Source: Candidatus Melainabacteria bacterium 17Bon1m | GTDB taxonomy: Bacteria > Cyanobacteriota > Vampirovibrionia > Obscuribacterales > Obscuribacteraceae | Assembly (NCBI GenBank): GCA_032128875.1 | Contig: JAVLKG010000001.1 | Location: forward strand, 576,001-640,000 | DNA: 64,000 bases | Reading direction: 5' to 3' | Shown: one piece after another, positions 58,345 to 64,000 of the stretch | Layout of the letters: the number at the start of each line of letters is the position of its first letter | Position numbering within the stretch: position 1 is the stretch's first letter | Program-made: the position numbers and the translations under genes | Notes under the pieces: generated by a model | What the model was told of the DNA's origin: nothing | What the model saw: the letters and a program-made list of their open reading frames with translations, nothing else | The model's database searches: none

Positions 58345-59654
58345 TGTTTTGTTGACTGCTTGTGCGGTTGTTGATGTTGCGCTTCTTTGTGTTTCACTTC
58401 TTGGTGTTTCACTTCTTGGTGTTGCGCATGCAGTGGCTGTTTAACTTGCTGTTGCTCGCGCGCGATTTTCATACCTTTAGCCATGTTGGCGAGCCCGGTC
58501 CGCATTGCCGGCGTATCATCGAGTCGCAAACATTCATCTTCGATTTTTTTCGCCTCTGCATCTTTGCCTGCACCGACATAAGTTCCATAAAGCAAAAGGA
58601 CCATACTCGGCAACGGATCAAAGTCTTTTGAAATCTCAGTGTTTGGTTTTGGTTTTTTCAGCGCTTCGGCTTCTTGATAGATTTCTTTCAGCCTGTCTAG
58701 AGGATTTACGTACAGATAGTTCGCTGCGTCAGACCAACGGTTCTCAGAGAACAAAACATTTTCGAGCGACTTGAAATGTTTTTGAATAACATCACGTTGC
58801 TGTGGATCAGATTTTATTTTGTCGAACCAGGCAACTGTGCGTCCGTTTTCGCTAAGCATTCCATTCAATAAAATCCAGTCTGCGCGCTTGTCTTGCTTGT
58901 CGGCAATTTCTCTTAATTCGATAAACTTCGCTCTTGCCGGTGGATAAATCGTCAACAACTTTTTTGACTCAAAGGGAATCAACCCTCTTCTCAATTCCTT
59001 TTCTGTTTCATCCGTGGTGCTCAAATTGTTCCACAACCAAACGTACTCTACGAGCGCTTCTTCGTTTCTACCCTCGGTTGCCGCCTCACGTGCTTTGTTT
59101 ATGTGAGACCAGATGTCGGCACTACTCGAATTGGAATTGCCTGCCCTTTGAGTACTTGAATTCGCATTGCTCGGACTTGCACTCTCTGTCTGTTTGCCGT
59201 CAGAGCTACTATCTTCTTTCCTCGAATCACTGCCACTCTTCGCCGATTTCATCCAGCGAAGCAGATCGGGCGCGCTCATATATCCGACTTGTCGTCCGAA
59301 CTCTTTGGTGCTTTTCGGCGTAAAGAGAATTACGGTCGGCATTGCTTCGATGCGCATCGACTCCGAAGCCTTTTCTTCTTTATCGACATCGAATTGGACT
59401 GCTATTGCGTTGTCCCTGATCCAATTTCTGACCTCTTCATCGACCCATGTCGTGGACTCCATCCTTCTGCAAGGCGGGCACCATGATGCTGTGAAATCCA
59501 TCAATAGAAGCTTGTCTTCTTTCTGAGCCTGCTCTTTAGCTTGTTCTAAAGTAAATTTTGAAAAGATGCTGGACTCGGCCAACGCGCCCGAAGCGCATGA
59601 AAGGACCAGAATGCTTGACAAAGATACTTTTTTCCAGAGTTTTGAGAACATCAT
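58341..59654 (-). CDS. Exported thioredoxin-family protein with helical C-terminal domain
   Basis: Signal peptide ending in ALA-E; DFTASWCPPCRRM; AMPT. Confidence 0.88.
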   Translation of the reverse strand: MMFSKLWKKVSLSSILVLSCASGALAESSIFSKFTLEQAKEQAQKEDKLLLMDFTASWCPPCRRMESTTWVDEEVRNWIRDNAIAVQFDVDKEEKASESMRIEAMPTVILFTPKSTKEFGRQVGYMSAPDLLRWMKSAKSGSDSRKEDSSSDGKQTESASPSNANSSTQRAGNSNSSSADIWSHINKAREAATEGRNEEALVEYVWLWNNLSTTDETEKELRRGLIPFESKKLLTIYPPARAKFIELREIADKQDKRADWILLNGMLSENGRTVAWFDKIKSDPQQRDVIQKHFKSLENVLFSENRWSDAANYLYVNPLDRLKEIYQEAEALKKPKPNTEISKDFDPLPSMVLLLYGTYVGAGKDAEAKKIEDECLRLDDTPAMRTGLANMAKGMKIAREQQQVKQPLHAQHQEVKHQEVKHKEAQHQQPHKQSTKH

Positions 59655-59721
59655 TGGTCTCCGATTGCAGCATGGCTCGAAGAGCAAATATATCACCGAT
59701 CTACTTATGCAGCATCGCCCA

Positions 59722-60435
59722 TTAAGCGAGGCTCAATAACCAACCGAACAAACCTTCTTCCTCGAGTCCCATTGTCAAAGACTCGTGGTCTACTCCTTCG
59801 TATTCAGTCACTTTCGGCTGCGCTCCGAGCTTGCGTAGCTCTGTTATGAGATCTCGAGTTTCTTCAATCGGACAAGGTTCGTCGTATGTTCCTTGCAAAA
59901 ACCAAATGGGCGTGTCGACTATTTTTTTTGCGATGTTTTCCGGTCTGTTTTCAGCAACGAACATCGCCTCGAACATTTCTTTGTCCTCAAGCGGCAAGTG
60001 CGCAGGAGGTTCTTCGCCCATCCATGTAATTCCTGGAGCGATACAGGCTATACCGTGAAACTTGTGCGGGTGTTTTGCCGCAAGCCAAAGGCAACTGGAG
60101 CCGCCCATTGAATAACCAGTTAGCAACAATTTGTCGCAAGAAGCGCCCAGTTGCTCAGCTGTGACATCGATGCAGCGTAGGGCGCGCTTCTCCATCTCGC
60201 CGTAGAACGCTCGATGGTTGAGGTCGCACTGTGGGACTACGATTACCGCTGGCAGTTGGAGATTTTCGAAAACGTGTGCGTTGCCTTTGAGTGGAAGACC
60301 CGGATCCCAGCCTCGTTCGCCCGATCCGTGGAGAAAAACCACAATTGGCGCACTACTCAGGCTTTCATAATTGTCGGGAGTGAATACGACAAACTCGTAT
60401 TGATTTTCTTCGTCTTTCAGCAATTGAAAGGGCAT
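59722..60435 (-). CDS. Alpha/beta hydrolase (predicted esterase/peptidase)
   Basis: FLHGSGERG, TGYSMGG, QGTYD, EYEGVDH. Confidence 0.85.
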   Translation of the reverse strand: MPFQLLKDEENQYEFVVFTPDNYESLSSAPIVVFLHGSGERGWDPGLPLKGNAHVFENLQLPAVIVVPQCDLNHRAFYGEMEKRALRCIDVTAEQLGASCDKLLLTGYSMGGSSCLWLAAKHPHKFHGIACIAPGITWMGEEPPAHLPLEDKEMFEAMFVAENRPENIAKKIVDTPIWFLQGTYDEPCPIEETRDLITELRKLGAQPKVTEYEGVDHESLTMGLEEEGLFGWLLSLA

Positions 60436-60613
60436 TGCGGTCTCCAGGGCTTCCGGTATTCACACGACCTATCTTCTTCCCGTGAAAACTGAATGTCAAT
60501 TGTATATTGCTGCACAGCAATGAATAGATTATGGAACGGAATAATTCCATACATGGAAGCAATTCTATCCCTAGGCCAGTTTTGTTATGATACTAAATCT
60601 GGTGGCGCAGTAT

Positions 60614-60919
60614 TCAATCTTGCTTGGCTGCGGTTTGCGGAACTTTCTGTTTGTGAAAACAAGTATGGCAAAAAACTGGGCGCAATCCGGTAGGTTTGAA
60701 CGGCACGCGGGTGATTTCTCCACAAGTGTGACAAGGTACGTCCGCCCCATCATCGGCTGCTTTTCCCTTCTTGAACAGTTTTAATGAAGTACGGCAATTT
60801 GGGCAGCGAACAGGCATGTTCTTCAGTCCTTTGAGCGCAAAAAACTCTTGTTCTCCAACAGAGAAAACAAAAGGTGTTTCGCATGTGCGACAAGTTATTG
60901 TTTTGTCCTCAAGGACCAT
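60614..60919 (-). CDS. Zinc-ribbon protein with CxxC-x17-CxxC domain
   Basis: DKTITCRTC..FVFSVGEQEFF..KGL...P.RCPNC; CHTCG...VPFKP...RPVFCHTCF. Confidence 0.9.
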   Translation of the reverse strand: MVLEDKTITCRTCETPFVFSVGEQEFFALKGLKNMPVRCPNCRTSLKLFKKGKAADDGADVPCHTCGEITRVPFKPTGLRPVFCHTCFHKQKVPQTAAKQD

Positions 60920-61087
60920 ATTTCCTCAAATGTCTTTCCAGTGGGCCCACTTCTTCTTATTCTGTGGTTAGAACAGGTATGCCCGGGAAGGCCCAAACGG
61001 TCACAATTGTTTGCGTTATGTAATCAATAAAATTGTAGCCGTTTGGTGAAAAGTTTGTCGGTAAAAGAGAAAGATGGCAAAAAGCAA

Positions 61088-61118
61088 ATGCGGAACTCGC
61101 TTTTGGCGAATTCCGCAT
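61088..61118 (-). terminator. Intrinsic terminator for the gene at 61150-61947
   Basis: ATGCGGAACTCGC-TTTTG-GCGAATTCCGCAT, followed on the minus strand by a T-rich tract. Confidence 0.7.
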
Positions 61119-61149
61119 CTGGTTCCGGCTGGGTTTCCCCTGATTAAAC

Positions 61150-61947
61150 TTACTTTTTCGCTTGTTCTAGCGGCACATCCTCGCCTTTCGTGGTGAAGGC
61201 CCAGGCAGAACCGTTTCGTCCTCTAAACTCGAGGTTATTCGACTGCGCGTTATAATCGAAGTCGCCGTGCCACACTGCTCCTGAGTCTTTGTTTTTCCAA
61301 GACACCTGCCCGTTTTCTTCAACGCGGTCCCAGTGTCCCAAGTTGCCGTCAATCCCGACGAGTTGTCCGTTTTCATACTGATATTTTCTGACACGTCCAT
61401 TTCCGGACGGCGCCTCGATAACATTCCCGCCCTTGTCAGTGACGATTCTGCCATTAACGTTGTCTTGAAGAACGAACGAGCCGTCCACGTTGAATTCAAC
61501 GTGAAGACCATCTGGATGTCCGGAGACGTCGTATTGAATATTGCCAACTGCGTCGACTTTGACGTTTTCGACGGTTTGCATAATCTCGCCTTTGTCATTG
61601 CGTACGACAAATTTGCCATCCGCTTGTCTTTCCATCTTGACGCCTGCTTCGTTTGTAATCGATGTGATTTCGCCCTGGTCGTTGATGCTCACGTCAAGCG
61701 GACCGCGCTTTTCATGGGTGTCCGGTCTGCACATCTGCGGTTCGGTTGAATCTGCCGGTTTGTCGCTGAGCTGTTTCAGCAACAGCTCATCCGGAGCTAG
61801 AAAACATGCATTTTGATTGGGTTTGGTAAGGCAATACACTTCATTGAACTTCGGATCGATCATTGGAGTACTTTCCAGCGGACACGAATTTGCGGCCGCC
61901 TGCGCTGAAGTACTGTCATTAAACTGATAAACGTCTGGATAACCCAT
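61150..61947 (-). CDS. Hypothetical protein with beta-hairpin (YD/RHS-like) repeats
   Basis: GGAGGA RBS before ATG 61947; repeated NDQGEITSI / NDKGEIM / DKGGNVIE / YENGQLVGI units. Confidence 0.7.
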   Translation of the reverse strand: MGYPDVYQFNDSTSAQAAANSCPLESTPMIDPKFNEVYCLTKPNQNACFLAPDELLLKQLSDKPADSTEPQMCRPDTHEKRGPLDVSINDQGEITSITNEAGVKMERQADGKFVVRNDKGEIMQTVENVKVDAVGNIQYDVSGHPDGLHVEFNVDGSFVLQDNVNGRIVTDKGGNVIEAPSGNGRVRKYQYENGQLVGIDGNLGHWDRVEENGQVSWKNKDSGAVWHGDFDYNAQSNNLEFRGRNGSAWAFTTKGEDVPLEQAKK

Positions 61948-62219
61948 AAAATCGTCCTCCCACCGCGCCATCGCGTCATTGGTTGATGCGTAGAACGATA
62001 CTGGCGACTTGTATCCAATTTGTTTATGCGCCGGAAATTCTTTGGCGGAAACAAAAAACGCCAAGGGGTGACGGCGCGACCTCGCTCCTTGCCGGTCAAA
62101 ACCCTGCTCACCGTCGAAGATTAAACGCTGGATTGTAAGCCAGGTGGGCGTTTAACGGCTTTAGCTTAGGTGGTCCCCGTTTTGGGCACATATATGGATA
62201 AGATCATATGGTATCCCGT

Positions 62220-64000
62220 ATGCCGCCTGACCAGATTACTGCGAAGAGTGAGCCGAACAACGTTGAGCGCCCGGACTCTGAAAAAACAGAGCAGTCCGGC
62301 GCGCATAACAGTTTCATCAGAGAACTGGCCAATTCGGTTGTCTTTTCGGCTATCGAGCAGCCGTCGCTTGGCGTTGCGCAGTTCATCAGCAACGACGCCA
62401 TGGGCAGCGTTAAAAACTTCTTTTCAAAGGGCGGAATAGAGGCGCCGGAGCCGGCGAAGTTCAATTCCGCTAATTGGTATGCCCAGACGTTTGGAAGCGC
62501 CGTAGGCATGATTTTGCCCTTCGCACTCACGAAAAAAGGGCTCGGGAAATTGGGTGCTTTTGGTGAAACAGCGGCAGTGGAAACCAGTGCCCTGTCGCGC
62601 CAAGCGGCGATTGGCATGAGTGTCAAAGAGTCCGCCATTACAGGTGGGGTTTACGGAACCCTATTCACCCCGAGCGACCAGGCGGCCCGGAATGCCGGCT
62701 GGTTATCCTTTCTAGGAGACAGAGCCGTAAGTGGAGGGGGCAGCGCCCTAACTTTTGCGACATTGACCGCAGGGAGTTTGGGAGTCGGACGGTTAGCCGA
62801 AACCAGCGTAGCCTCCCGATTTGGCTTGGCTCCTATACTAAACAGTCCAATCACTTCCGGTACTTTCGGTGGCTTGCCGGGCGGTTATGTCGCTGCCCAG
62901 TACGATTCGCTGGCGAGACATCGGCGCCCGGCTACTGCTGAGGAAATTACGGAGTCCATGTTCGGTATGGCTGTAGTGGGCGGCGCATTCGGTTCTGCCG
63001 CGTATTTAGGGCGTCTGAAATCAGGCACAGGCGATCTGCAGGTAAGACCAGGAGAACAAGAAAAGCCTTACAGTCAAACTGTCGGAAGAGCTGAGGGCAA
63101 TTCCAATGTTGTGGCACTGAATACGGTGCCGATCGAACCAGGAAGAACTATTGCTACTGGTGAAACTCGCGGCGTAACGAACGAAACTCGTGGTGTGACC
63201 AACGAAACTCGCAATATTGAAAGCGAAACGCGACCGACAACTGTTGCAGAAGTCCAACCACCTAAATCAATTAATCCCAATGAGTTTAAGACAGGGCAAG
63301 GCGTTGACCAATCGCTGCGAGTCGAGTTGACTGCTCAAGAGCAAAGTCTGTGGCGTCAGACACAGCAGGCGAAAACTATCGAAGAATGGAGACAACTCAC
63401 CGAACAAATTGATGAGCTTCCTCTAGATAAGAGATCTTGGTTTAGCGAAACATTAGATCGCCAGGGCAAGAATTTGACTGAGGTTGAGTTGAATGCGCTC
63501 TGGCCAAAACTGTTGCAGGAAGATCCGCACCAGGGCTATCGAATCGCCAAGCTTATTGGACCAGAACGTACTACTCAAGTTTGGGAGCAGCAACTGAAGT
63601 CTGTTCAGGCGTTTGAGAATCCTGCTCTGGCAGAGCAATTGGCGAAGACTATGGTCTTTCTCGAACCTTCAAAACAGATGGCAGCTTTGGAGTCGCTTCT
63701 AAACCTAGATAAAAGACCATCCTATGTCGACATGGCTTCGGTTATGTTGGCTAAGGAAAATCAGCTGCCTGCTGCAAAACTTCTCGAATCGCGTGGCATC
63801 ACACCGCAGATTGAAACTGGCTCCGTTGCGCCGTCTGTTTGGGCCGACTGGGCTCTGTCTCTAAAACAAGGCGAGATCCGGGATGGCGTTCTTGACCAGG
63901 TTCGCAAAAAGCTATCCGGTTCTAAACAAAATCCGGCTGAAGAATTGAATTCAGTTTTCAAACTCGCAAAAGATAGGCTAGAACCGAAAGAGTATGAGCT
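62220..64000 (+). CDS. Large hypothetical protein, 3'-truncated by the window edge (absent from the ORF track)
   Basis: ATG at 62220: MPPDQITAKSEP...WYAQTFGSAVGMILPF...; Gly/Ala-rich hydrophobic helices, ETRGVTN repeats near 63160-63235; no stop seen in the stretches translated. Confidence 0.75.
   Translation, partial: MPPDQITAKSEPNNVERPDSEKTEQSGAHNSFIRELANSVVFSAIEQPSLGVAQFISNDAMGSVKNFFSKGGIEAPEPAKFNSANWYAQTFGSAVGMILPFALTKKGLGKLGAFGETAAVETSALSRQAAIGMSVKESAITGGVYGTLFTPSDQAARNAGWLSFLGDRAVSGGGSALTFATLTAGSLGVGRLAETSVASRFGLAPILNSPITSGTFGGLPGGYVAAQYDSLARHRRPATAEEITESMFGMAVVGGAFGSAAYLGRLKSGTGDLQVRPGEQEKPYSQTVGRAEGNSNVVALNTVPIEPGRTIATGETRGVTNETRGVTNETRNIESETRPTTVAEVQPPKSINPNEFKTGQGVDQSLRVELTAQEQSLWRQTQQAKTIEEWRQLTEQIDELPLDKRSWFSETLDRQGKNLTEVELNALWPKLLQEDPHQGYRIAKLIGPERTTQVWEQQLKSVQAFENPALAEQLAKTMVFLEPSKQMAALESLLNLDKRPSYVDMASVMLAKENQLPAAKLLESRGITPQIETGSVAPSVWADWALSLKQGEIRDGVLDQVRKKLSGSKQNPAEELNSVFKLAKDRLEPKEYE

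Overview
Bacterial genomic window. The many TPR proteins, membrane Ser/Thr kinases and a TPR-caspase suggest a non-photosynthetic Cyanobacteriota relative such as Ca. Obscuribacterales; this is inference only. The left part holds a tRNA-Arg(ACG) with an ~11.1 kb tyrosine-integrase island (100-bp direct repeat at 3099-3198 and 14245-14344). The island carries defence-like cargo: a TIGR04255-antitoxin-RES operon, two HEPN-like genes and a Schlafen/AlbA_2 protein. A probable second, older tandem island follows, with an ArsR-controlled persulfide/sulfur detoxification operon and an arsC-acr3 cassette whose arsR is truncated. The main discovery is two genes missed by the ORF track because each has an in-frame UGA followed by a bacterial SECIS-like hairpin with identical 17-nt UGA-to-loop spacing. 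One is a 62-aa single-pass membrane candidate selenoprotein (LPKLGIPT-U-MSRSC, 23055-23243) inside the persulfide operon. The other is a Sec-MsrA (GUFWG, 29122-29737) that is also frameshifted by a perfect 46-bp tandem duplication. The rest is mostly housekeeping or lineage-typical genes: kinases, dnaK, RND efflux, TPR-caspase, cereblon-like protein, chdC/hemQ, NUDIX, ATL and thioredoxin-like proteins.
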